DNA from: Callorhinchus milii
Lineage: Eukaryota
Assembly: GCF_018977255.1 (NCBI RefSeq)
Contig: NW_024704742.1
Span: 42,286,001 to 42,350,000, forward strand
Reading direction: 5' to 3'
DNA length: 64,000 nt
The translations under genes were made by a program, and so were the position numbers. Below, piece after piece: positions 28,520 to 39,830 of this stretch. The notes under the pieces were generated by a model, which was given only the letters and a program-made list of their open reading frames with translations, searched no databases and was not told where the DNA came from. The stretch's first letter is position 1. Every line of letters starts with the position of its first letter.

Positions 28520-28822
28520 TATTATTATAATTATATTTGATATAGCGCTTTTCACATCGGGAGGACGTCCCAAAGCGCTTCACAGAATATATTGTAAAGT
28601 GAATTGACTGTATATTTGTGGGCGAACGCGGCAGCCAATTGCGCACAGCAATGTTCCACAAACAGTCGTAGATTGAAAATGACCAATTTATTATTGTTTT
28701 TTCTTTTGGAGGGATTATTATTAGGTGTGTGGAGTAAGGAAACTTGCCCAAGGTTTCGCCCTCTGCCTGGAATTGAACTCAGGTCTCTCGCGAGTGCTCT
28801 AACCACTGAGCTACAGGACTCC
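28520..28822 (-). mobile_element. tRNA-derived SINE family A, short subfamily
   Basis: Revcomp GGAGTCCTGTAGCTCAGTGGTTAGAGCACTCGC...GAGTTCAATTCC; near-identical to 30594-30914. Confidence 0.92.
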
Positions 28823-28939
28823 ACAAATACCTCTCTCCAGTTCATTGAAACTTTATGCAACCGGAATGAAAACTGAAAAGAAAAAAAAAAATTGCTCAGT
28901 TCTCACGAGGTTGAGAAAACCCAGATCCAGAGAGAACAG

Positions 28940-29240
28940 CACCTCGGAGGTCTGCACATCGGCAGGTTCTGCGAGAAGCAACGGCTCGAGGCCGACAGAG
29001 AGAGACCCTGTCCAGGTTTACCACCGACCCGTGCACTTGCACTGGCACTTGCAGAGTCGGTCGGCACGTAGCGAGTTGGGTGGGAAAATGGACCGCACGG
29101 TATGATTGACAGCTGGCGACACGGGGGGGGGGCGGGGCGGGGCGGAGTCAGGTGGTTCGTGACGCGTTTAGAGACGCGTCACTGCGTCACTGCGGCCGAC
29201 GTACTGGCGTCACTGCCTGGAGACCGCACGGCGTCAGGGA
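28940..29240 (+). promoter_or_regulatory. CpG-rich candidate PACRGL promoter/first exon
   Basis: Most CpG-dense unique stretch in the window; tandem GC boxes GGGGCGGGGCGGGGCGG 29129-29145, TGATTGACAG 29103-29112, five CGTCA/TGACG half-CRE sites 29160-29236; upstream of the PACRGL coding exons. Confidence 0.65.
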
Positions 29241-30475
29241 CACAGAGACTGAGAGAGAGGTACAATGTTATATACTATACACTGAGACACAGAGAGAGGT
29301 ACAATATTATATACTATACACTGAGACACAGAGAGAGGTACAATATTATATACTATACACTGAGACACAGAGAGAGGTACAATATTATATACTATACACT
29401 GAGAGACAGAGAGAGGTACAATATTATATACTATACACTGAGACACAGAGAGAGGTACAATATTATATACTATACACTGAGACACAGAGAGAGGTACAAT
29501 ATTATATACTATACACAGAGAGAGAGAGAGGTACAATATTGTATACTATACACAGAGACAGAGAGAGGTACAATATTATATACTATACACTGAGACACAG
29601 AGAGAGAGGTACAATATTATATACTATACACCGAGACACTGAGAGAGAGAGAGGTACAATATTATATCTATACACTGAGAGACGGAGAGAGGTACAATAT
29701 TATATACTATACACAGAGACAGAGAGAGTGAGGTACAATAGTGTATACTATACACTGAGACACAGAGAGAGAGGTACAATATTATATACTATACACTGAG
29801 AGACAGAGAGAGAGGTACAATATTATATACTATACACAGAGAGAGAGAGAGAGAGAGAGGTACAATATGATATACTATACACTGAGAGAGAGAGAGGTAC
29901 AATATTATATACTATACACTGACACTGAGAGACAGAAAGAGTTACAATATTATATCTATAGACTGAGAGACGGAGAGAGGTACAATATTATATACTATAC
30001 ACTGAGAGACAGAGAGAGTGAGGTACAATATTGTATACTATACACTGAGACACAGAGAGAGAGGTACAATATTATATACTATACACTGAGTGACAGAGAG
30101 AGTTACAATATTATATCTATACACTGAGAGACGGAGAGAGGTACAATATTATATACTATACACTGAGAGACAGAGAGAGAGAGGTACAATATTGTATACT
30201 ATACACTGAGACACAGAGAGAGGCACAATATTGTATACTATACACTGAGAGACAGAGAGAGAGAGAGAGAGGGGTACAATATTATATACTATACACTGAG
30301 AGACAGAGAGAGGTACAATATTATATACTATACACTGAGAGACACAGACAGAGAGAGATACAATATTATATACTATACACTGAGAGAGAGAGAGGTACAA
30401 TATTATATACTATACACAGAGAGAGATCGAGGCACAATATATACTATACACACAGAGAGGTACAATATTATGATA
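29240..30475. repeat. Minisatellite, ~39-47 bp unit, roughly 30 copies
   Basis: Unit GAGAGGTACAATATTATATACTATACACTGAGACACAGA with a constant core and variable (GA)n/(CA) spacer; gives 13-aa periodic ORFs. Confidence 0.97.
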
Positions 30476-30593
30476 TACAAGACATGATGTAATATACTTT
30501 TACACACACTGTTCATTGTTATATAATAATACTTGAATTTGATATAGCGGCTGATCACGTCTTTGAGATGTCTCAATCGGTTTCACAGAGTAT

Positions 30594-30914
30594 GGAGTCC
30601 TGTAGCTCAGTGGTTAGAGCACTCGCTTTGCAAGCGAGAGACCTGAGTTCAATTCCAGGCAGAGGGCGAAACCTTGGGCAAGTTTCCTTACTCCACACAC
30701 AGCCTAATAATAATCCCTCCAAAAAACAAAAACAATAATAAATTGGTCATTTTCAATCTACGACTGTTTGTGGGACATTGCTGTGCGCAATTGGCTGCCG
30801 CGTTCGCCCACAAATATACGGTCAATTCACTTTACAGTGTGTTCTGTGAAGCGCTTTGGGACGTCCTCCCGACGTGAAAAGCACTATATCAAATGCAAAG
30901 ATTATTATTATTAT
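30594..30914 (+). mobile_element. tRNA-derived SINE family A, short subfamily, full length
   Basis: Intact A box TAGCTCAGTGG and B box GAGTTCAATTCC, CpGs retained, (ATT)n tail. Confidence 0.93.
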
Positions 30915-31026
30915 AGTATACTGTAATGTGACTTGACAATTTTTATTAATACGCGTTGTTCTAAAAATGTGGGTGAAACGCGGCAGCACACAGCAGTGTC
31001 TAAAGTGTATCCTCAGGATCTTCAAT

Positions 31027-31705
31027 AGTTAAAAATGAGAAAAAAAGGCTGATCCTGATCGATACAGGTGACCTTAACATGTAAATATACAAATGTATTC
31101 TCCCAGAGACAAAGTAAGTATATATGCTGGGTATAGAGTAAAGCAGGAGGGTGAACCAGCTGGGTTTGTGTTCCTCGACCGTTTCAAGCACCCTCTGCTG
31201 GTCGTGTGTCTGTGTGGTAGCCAGTGACGTTTGCCGACACTCACCACCAAGGCTCAAACGGTAGCAGGGGTTACGCAGCCCTGGTAATGGAGGTTAATCA
31301 ACACCCGTTGAACAGGCACCGGGCAGGAGAAAGCAAGAACCAGGAGCAGAAAGGCATTGTATAGCAGCAAGAAAGTTCGAAAAATAATTGGAACACAATT
31401 TAAATAAGCAAAAGGCATTCATAATTAAATGTGATTTTTTAAAAACGTTTTCAGAGGGTAATCAAATCACAGGTTCTTCAACATTAAACTCCATTATTGT
31501 TCAGTTTTTTTTGTAATTGGAAGGAAGATAAACCCGAGAACGTTTTCTGCTTGCCCCACGCAAGTGTTTGAAATTAACTTTTTTAAATCAGTGTTGTCCA
31601 TCTGTGAATACACACTGTCTGCTTCATATATCCAATTCTAAACAAATATCCTGTTACAGTGACCTGTATTGATCAGGATCAGTCTTTTTTTTCTCATTTT
31701 TGACT
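31027..31705. mobile_element. Putative MITE/non-autonomous DNA element bounded by ~53-bp inverted repeats
   Basis: agttaaaaatgagaaaaaaaggctgatcctgatcgatacaggtgaccttaaca versus revcomp of right end agtcaaaaatgagaaaaaaaagactgatcctgatcaatacaggtcactgtaaca; no clear TSD. Confidence 0.55.
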
Positions 31706-32379
31706 TTTCTGTTATTAGAAACCATTTACTTATGAAGAGAAATCTCCCCTGGGCCAAACGGTCTGCAGAGAAAAGGCTTTAAATAAGCAACCATCCAATT
31801 TAAACTGCATTGATTTGATAGTTCGGTCTGGATGTAATTGTGATATTATCAAGTGAGTATATTTAGAGATTACAATAATATGACCCGAGATAAGGGATTT
31901 ATAGGGAGTTAATGGTACTGAGCTGATATTGAAACAAATTTGATATCATGACATAATATAAATCACTATTTATTAAAATGAATCTAACTACTATATATCA
32001 TTTTTTCGGTATTGCAATGCTCTGCCCTTGTATTTGATGTGCTACTCAGATAAATAATGCACCCCAACACTTTTTCAGGAATTTATAGGGGGGATATTTA
32101 CCACTATTTTATTGTCTTCTGGTTTTAATTTATTTCTGTTAGCCTAACAACAGCTAATTTTATGAAATCAAAAACAGTTGATGAAGGCAATTCGTCGATA
32201 ATTGTAAAAATGTTGTTTTAGAATAACCCGTAATAATAAAAATTGTGAATATTTAGAAACTATTAAACTAATAAACTATTATTATTTATTATAACTCACA
32301 ATCATCCAAACCTAATTCTAAATGAGGATGAGTTCTACTGTCCTTTGTTCAGATGACTGAAATTTATTTTATTAAACAG

Positions 32380-32582
32380 GCACCGTTTCTGTGGTTTTGG
32401 AGAGAAGAAATCAAGGTGGTGCTCTGTGCCTTTCAGGACGGTGTCAGGCAGTCCCTGTGTGACACAGGTGTCTGGGTGGTAACTTTGCAGAGGCTGTCGA
32501 GCTCATCCCATGGTCCAGAATCTGGGTGGAGCAAAAGGCGAGCAGTTTTGCACAGCTATATTGCAGATTATAAACCTGAATG
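32380..32582 (+). other. Candidate upstream PACRGL exon (5'UTR or coding)
   Basis: ttttattaaacag|GCA acceptor, AATG|gtaaat donor, GC-richer than its AT-rich flanks, open frame is phase-compatible with the exon starting at 39812. Confidence 0.4.
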
Positions 32583-34049
32583 GTAAATAAAATGTTGGCT
32601 TATCTATAGTTATCATTTGAGTTGAATCCTTTTAATACCTTTTAAGGCAAGTATGATGTGTATAATTTTTTTGTAGATATTTAAAGTGGCAGAATGTACT
32701 GTTCTTGCGCTCTATGATGGAGAGTTCTCAAATATGAAAGGCTTGATATCAAGGTTTTTATTAAGGGCAGACTAGCTTCTTAAAACATGCTTTAATATTT
32801 TGACATGCACAAGTACAATTGTGTAGAAAGATTTGTGTTATTTTACCTGTTGGAGCCTCCATTTTCAAGACAAATTACAAGACTTGTTGTGGGCTGTGAC
32901 ATTTTGATGCTTAACTTTAGGCTCCTAGCACCCCGCTTCCCATTAAAATCAATGCAACATCTCTCAGCCATTGTGAGATGCTCAGAGAAGATTAATGTTT
33001 AAAACCATTTATTGTTAATAAACTATTCGATGTGAACTTCAGATTCTCACGCTGACTTGCAGCAATAACAAATAAATTAAAGAAAAAGGAAAAACTGCTT
33101 GCCACAAACTCACAGTAGGTTAATCAGCACCTGAATTTTGGGGTCTAATTAAATTGCCGATTTCTTTTAGTAAAGAAATTGGAAGGCTGAGCCTTGGGAA
33201 CTCTTTTCCAATGCAATGTCAACAATAACTGTCACTCATATAGCACCATGCATGCAAGAAGAACGCCTCAAACGGGAGCTTGAGCTAGGTGGGAGATAGA
33301 GCGGTGGGAGTGAGTAGAGGGCTGAAGGCACAATCAAAGAGATGGGTTTTAAGAGTTGAGAGGAAGGAAGCGATGTGGGATTTTGGAAGAGGGTTTTGAA
33401 AAATGGGAACAGAGTGGTTGAAACGTCACTCATCAGTAGTGCAATCTATTTTTGGAGCTCTCACAGGTCAACCTGAAATGTATGACCTATTTCCGGTCAC
33501 TGGAAGGAATGGCTTCTAAACTAATCTTGTTAGAAGTCAATTCATATTATTCTATTATACCATAAGCGTTGTCTGAGGATATTACTCAGTTTAAAGGATC
33601 AAAACATTCTTTGGCCAGATGAGGGCAGCATAGCCCAAAATGTCATCAAGCTTTTGTGGTTAAGATCACTTCTTCTCAGTGAAATATTATAAAAGTATTG
33701 ATACAATAAATAAATTTACACATAAAATTTATCTCTGATAGTTCTCTCTAAAACTAAATGCTCGGCTATATTCACATATTAGATCTTGCTCAAATATGTA
33801 TTGAACGGTAATATTATTTTCAAGCAAGTAACACATAATAACGGCATAAATAATCATTATATAGGAAAACGTAAACGTAGGAAACCAGGAACAGGTGGAG
33901 GTCATTCAGCCCATCAAACCTGTTACACCAGTGTATTAGATCTTGGCAGATTAAATAAACATTGTAATAAATAAACTTGGTTGCTCACTCCATGGCTGTT
34001 TATAGGTCATTGTTGTGCACGACTGTCTGCCCCGTTTCACCTACACAAT

Positions 34050-34345
34050 AATAATAATAATAATAATAATAATCCTTGCATTTGATATAGCGCTTTTCAC
34101 GTCGGGAGGACGTCCCAAAGCGCTTCACAGAACACACAGTAAAGTGAATTGACTATATATTTGTGGGCAAACGCGGCAGCCAATTGCGCACAGCAATGTC
34201 CCACAAACAGTCATAGATTGAAAATGACCAATTTATTATTGTTTTGTTTTTTGAAGGGATTATTATTAGGCGTGTGGAGTAAGGAAACTTGCCCAAGGTT
34301 TCGCCCTGCCTGGAACTGAACTCAGGTCTCTCACTTGCAAAGCGA
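34050..34345 (-). mobile_element. SINE family A short subfamily, slightly 5'-truncated
   Basis: Reverse complement of 30623-30914 with the same internal deletion; (AAT)n tail. Confidence 0.9.
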
Positions 34346-35454
34346 TATAAACAATACACAGTCAATCCACTTTACAGTATATTCTGAGCACTTTGAGATG
34401 TCTCAACAACATGATAAGGCGCTACATCAAATGAAAAGATTTTTATTATATATTATAATTATGATTAATAATAAGAATTCTTGCATTTGATATAGCAACT
34501 TCCACATCGGGAGAATGACTCGGGATTTTTTGCAAGTGAATGGGGCAGCCAGTTTGCTCACAGCAATGTCTCACAAACAAACAACTGCAAATTTTATCTC
34601 ATTTTATCTGGGATGTTGTTGGCCAGGACATCGGGAGAAATTCCCTTTTCTTCTTGAATAGTGCATTAGGTGCAAGTTTGCATCAGCAGAGAAATAAAAT
34701 ACAAATCTAGGTGGGTTATATTTTTATAAATAAGGCATCGTCACATATCCCTTGTTGAATAGGCATTCAGTTTAGTAACCTTTTTAGAAATGATATTACT
34801 CTATTTTAAGAGGGTACAAGTGTGAGAAACCAGGATGATATCAGGTGTTTGGAATCTAAGTAAGGTTAAAGAATTTAAGCTTGTTCTCTTTGAAAAATAA
34901 GACATTCAAAGGAGTCACCCAATTGAAGTTTTCAAGATAGTGAAAGGAAATGATAAAATTTGACCTGATAAGTGTTCAATATATTGTAGTAAAGCTTTGA
35001 AACACTAGGGGGACACAAGTTACAAATTAGCAAATTGGAAGTAAGAAAATCAGGCAGATTTTTTTACACACAAAAATTAATGGTTTTGTGGAGCGCACAT
35101 TTTTTCTTAGCCTTTCCTTGGCCTAAAATTCATACGTTTTGAAGTTTAATGCAGAAAAGTGTGATGATACATTTTGGCAGGGAAAATAAAGAGATGAAAT
35201 ATACATTAAATGGCAAATGCTTTCAATCTCTATGACCCAGACCTATGGAACTCGCTGCATCAAATCTTCAGTCTTGCCCCCTTTATGCCTGTCTTCAAAT
35301 CACATTTGAAAACTTTCCTCTTTGACTGTGCCTCAGGCCAGCTTCCATCTCGTTCCAGCTCGGTATTGAAACACAGTGCTATACAGGGCTCCAAAGTGCT
35401 ATTTGCATGTAGAGTGGTATATAAATTCAAGTTGTTGTTGCTATTGTTGTAAAT

Positions 35455-36330
35455 TTTTAAAAGGAGTGGAAGAGCAGAGAGATTTAGATGTACACAAATA
35501 AATAAAAGTGGAAGAATAATTTGATAAAGTTCTTAAAAAGAGGCATAAAATAGAAAAGCAAAAAGCTAAACTTTTATAAGTCATTGGTTAGGCCACAGTT
35601 AGATTATTGTGTTCATTTCTGGGCATCCCACTTTACGAAGGGTATCCAGACTGCTGAGAAGAGGGTATAGAGAAAATTCACCAACATGATGCCAGGGTTG
35701 GGAAGCTCGAGACACTGGGCTGTTTTCACTAAAACGAAGAAGATTGAGGGAAGATCTGGTAGAATTATTCAGAATTATGAGGGGTTTTGGTAAGAAAAAA
35801 TAGGGAAAAGCTAATTCCACTCTTCAGGGAACGGGTAAAAAGAAGAAAAAATTTAAGATCATTAGCAAAAACGAAAGGAGAGTTTAGGAGATTTTTGGTT
35901 ACATAGAGGGTTAGGAGGGAAAGGAATCATCTACCATTAATTGTGATTGAAGCAGAATTGGTTGTTAGTCGATTGGCCGATCGCATTCCGGGGGTAATAA
36001 TCCCTCGAAAATAAACATTTAGTCACTCAATCCACGACTCTTTGTGGGACGCAACTGTGCGCAATTAGCTGCCGCGTTTCGTCCACAAAATACACAGTCA
36101 ATCCACCTTCACAATATATATTTTTAAGCGCTTTGAGACATATCAACGAAGTGTTAAAGTGCTGTATCAAATGCATGGATTATTATTATTATTAATCCAC
36201 AATAGCTTTTAAAATGGAATGAAACAAGCATTTGAAAAGTGAAACATATAAGAGGATATGGGAAAAGGGAGGCGAGTGGAATTAATTAGGTAGCTCTTAC
36301 AGACCGCAGGCGCAATAAGCCAATTGGCCT
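35455..36330 (+). mobile_element. CR1 LINE 3' fragment interrupted by a SINE
   Basis: FYKSLVRPQLDYCVHFWASH, RRLREDLVELFRIMRG and VIEAE|STIAFK motifs. Confidence 0.85.
35959..36193 (+). mobile_element. 5'-truncated SINE family A nested in CR1
   Basis: ggttgttagtcgattgg...(ATT)n; flanked by AAT on both sides. Confidence 0.88.
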
Positions 36331-37241
36331 CCTGCATGAAAAATGCTACTATTGTGAGGCCTTTAGCCTGAGCAAGAATAGTGCCTTAGTCAGGTGCTCA
36401 CAGACATCCATAACACTAAATCCTTTACCACCTATGCAAATATCCCTCCCTCAGTTTTCACGGAGTATCTGTTACTGAGAGATGCTACAATTATATAACA
36501 TTTGTGATGATACTCAGCTATTTGGGCAGGTGAATAATTTGAGGAGGATAAATAGGATTCAGGATGTTGTAAACTTATTTAGCAGATGGTTTTTAAGGGC
36601 AGCAGATGGATTTTATGCTGTGTGTATAATGCTGGGAGCAAAGCCGATGTGGGGCCGGAAGCCTGATTTATATTACTTGCTATATATGTGTATATATATT
36701 TCCAACACAGAGTTTACACAGTGCCATAAAAGCCACAGATACCTGATTTTCAGTGATCTCTGCATCTATAACATAGCACAATCCAATGTCAGCATTTGGT
36801 GTTTGATGCTTAATATTGTAAAATATCAGCTCATACGATCAGCTTTTCTGTAACATTAAACAGCCATCTGTCATTAGTTAAGAGCTCTGTAGGACTAGTA
36901 CAATTTGCAAGTTTATGTTACGAATCGCACTCTTCCTGACAAAATCTCCTCCAGGTGGTGTGAGAAGCAGGGCCCCAGGGTGTTTTATACTGCCGAAGAG
37001 CCCTACTGCACTCTTGGGGACAAATCACTACCAAACGTGTATTATAAATGAAACACCAATGTTGTTAAAATGTAAGGTAATATGCTTTGGAACTAGAAAC
37101 AGTAAACATGTACAGTCTATAGACCATGGTACTGATTCCATGTTACTGGCCAAAGAGCCTCAGAAAGAAAATCAGTTACAAGATGTGTGGGCCTGATCTC
37201 TCCGCATGCACACTTTATCTTCAGCTCCCTTCTCGACTCTA

Positions 37242-37379
37242 CCCCCTCCTCGCTCCCTCCCTTCCCTCCCCTCACCCTGACCATTTCCCCCCTCCTCGCT
37301 CCCTCCCTTCCCTCCCCTCACCCTGACCATTTCCCCCCTCCTCGCTCCCTCCCTTCCCTCCCCTCACCCTGACCATTTC
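37242..37379. repeat. 3 x 46-bp pyrimidine-rich tandem repeat within an L2 3'UTR (tail to ~37472)
   Basis: CCCCCTCCTCGCTCCCTCCCTTCCCTCCCCTCACCCTGACCATTTC three times. Confidence 0.93.
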
Positions 37380-37879
37380 TCCACTGCTCGGGTCCCGACC
37401 CAACTGTCCAACGCCTTGGGACGTCCTCCCGACGTGAAAGGCGCTCTGTAAATGAAATCTTGTTGTTGTTGTTATCTATTGCTCCAGACCCAAGCTCTCC
37501 ACCTCGCTCCTCCATTTTACGTTCTCCTAATTTAGTTTATTTTTCTCTTTCTTCCCTGTGCTTTATACGTTTTTTCTCTACTTTCAGTTTTTAAAATTTC
37601 ATTTTATTTCCTGTATGTTTACATTTTAATATGTGATTTCTCCTGGTCAATATTGCTTTTCTAATCCAAATAATTCAAATTAAGTTGATTCATTGTTTGT
37701 GTGGGGAATTTGTTGCCACAGAGTAGCTGCCACATTTTGCCACATGCTTCATCATTCTGTATCATTTGCAAGTTTTCTTGGATCACTTTTTTTGACTAAG
37801 TTATTAGATTAGGTTTTGTTTATCTTGTGATTCAGATGAATATTAAGAAACGCTTCTCTATCCCAGTTGCTATTTAATG

Positions 37880-38295
37880 ATAATAATAATTAATCCTTGC
37901 TTTCGTTTTAAATGTCGCAAAGCACGTCACAGGATTTACTGTGAGATGAACAGACTGTATTTGTAGGCAAACACAGTAGCCCAATTGCGCACAGCTAAGT
38001 CCCACAACCAGTCATGAAAAAAAATGACTGATGTTTTATTTGGGGGATCACTGACCACAGGAGAAAGTCTCTTCTCTTTTCGAGAAATGCCAAGGTGTCT
38101 TTAACATCAATCTCAACAGGCAGACGGGATCTCGGTTTTAATGTCTCATCTGGAGGACCGAACCTCCAACAATGCAAAACACCCCACCCCAGCACTGCAT
38201 TAGCGTGTCAACTTACATTAGGTGAGTTCTTGTCCTATTATGGGGCTTGAACCCACAACCAGAGACTTGTAGCTTTCAACTGAACCAGGCTGACA
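37880..38295 (-). mobile_element. DeuSINE-like element (family B)
   Basis: Revcomp head ggttgtgggttcaagcccc, body ccagatgagacattaaaaccgagatcccgtctgcc. Confidence 0.8.
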
Positions 38296-38536
38296 TTTAA
38301 CTATGACCTACTGAATTATATTTAAAAATGTTCCCAGAATTGTGCATTTTAAAAACAAACTTGTTATTCCATGTCTTTAGGACCAACCAAGGCTGCTTTT
38401 GCTGGTGTAAATGGCATCATTATACTAATTTGTCAGTGTGAAGTATTTTGTGAAGCACTCTAAAGATGACTCAGAGCACAGGTACAGCAGATGAATAGTA
38501 TTGTATTGTCCGAATGCTTACTCTGACAAACAGTGT

Positions 38537-38895
38537 GGAGTCCTGTAGGTCAGTGGTTAGAGCACTCGACTCGCAAGCAAGGGGTGAAATGTTGGGCAAG
38601 TTTCCTTACTCGACACGCCTGTTTACTTAGCAGTAAGTAGGAACCTGGTTGTTAGTCGATTGGTGGATCGCTTTTCCAGGGATAATAACCCCCTTCCCCC
38701 CACCCCCCAAAAAAAAAACGATAATAATTTTGTCACTCACCCCACGCCTGTTTGTGGGACACTGCTGCGCGCAATTGGCTGCCACGTTTTGCCCACAAAT
38801 ACACAGTCAATTCACTTTACAATATATTCTGTGAAGCGCTTTGAGACGTCGAGAAGACGTGAAAAGCGCTGTAACAAAAAAAATGCAACTATTAT
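38537..38895 (+). mobile_element. SINE family A (long form)
   Basis: GGAGTCCTGTAGGTCAGTGGTTAGAGCACTCG head (B box deleted), gtttacttagcagtaagtaggaacc middle. Confidence 0.9.
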
Positions 38896-39830
38896 CCTTA
38901 CTGACAGACTGATTGTGCTCTATAGGAGCCAATGAAATTTTGAATAAAACCATGAATTCTGTGATGTGGTTTGGATACGCAACTGGTATTCAACTTTGCA
39001 TTTGACCTTGTTTATCAAATGCCAGTATGTTTAGCTATTCCTCATCACAGCAGAGAGCAAGGAGTTTCAGTTATTTTTAACCTGTGGGCATTCAGACAGG
39101 CGACAGCGATTAGATTTTGTCTAGTCAATTTGAAATGTATCTTATCAGATGCACTTTATAGAAAAATTAATCTGCAAAAGCAAATGCAATAAAAAATACC
39201 AGATGCCAAAATCTGCAGTTTACATTGTTTGTCAGACCAACAGATGGGATATTTTTCAACCACTGATCACGACTCTACAAAGCACATCTGTCTAAGGTGT
39301 AAAGAGCTGAGAAGAGCAGCAGTAGCTAGCTATTCAAGGGATATATTTGCATAAGCTCTTCTTTAAGGTTTAATATTGACAGATTTAGATGTGTCAGTGG
39401 ATTTCAATGGTATTTCAGCTCCTCGGATGGTAGATTAACTGTTTGGTAACTGCGCTGTTATTTTGCAAAACCTTCAGAGGAGCTTGAGATTGAAGCCAAC
39501 AATTGCAGGATTCCTTTTGCAGGGGAAGGAAAACAAGAATTCTCCTTGATTCAAGGATGGCAGTGCCCGAGTACTGGGATGAGTCTGCCTTTAGTCACCC
39601 TCTGCCCTCCCTCATCCCAACCCTCCCCCCACCACGCTTGGGTCCTGATCTATGACTGTTCAGCTGCTTGGGATGCCTCCTGACGTGAAAGGCGCTTTAT
39701 AAATGTAATTTTGTTGTTGCTGTCTATCATCTCATTGGTGAGGGAACCAAAGGGACTGGAAGACAAAAGGGAAATTATTTAACGGTAGAAACCTTTTCTT
39801 CTTTGCATTAGGGTTGTTTTGAACAAAAAT

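Noticed and set aside
29102..30400. ORFs with 13-aa repeats (RERYNIIYYTLRH, ETQREVQYYILYT)
   Set aside because: By-product of a 39-bp unit; open in several frames and on both strands, broken by spacer-length changes
29240..30475. CRISPR-like array (constant core plus variable spacer)
   Set aside because: Spacers are low-complexity GA/CA slippage variants, not unique sequences; vertebrate context, no cas genes
30594..30665. tRNA gene
   Set aside because: tRNA-like head continues into a SINE body and tail and recurs in many copies
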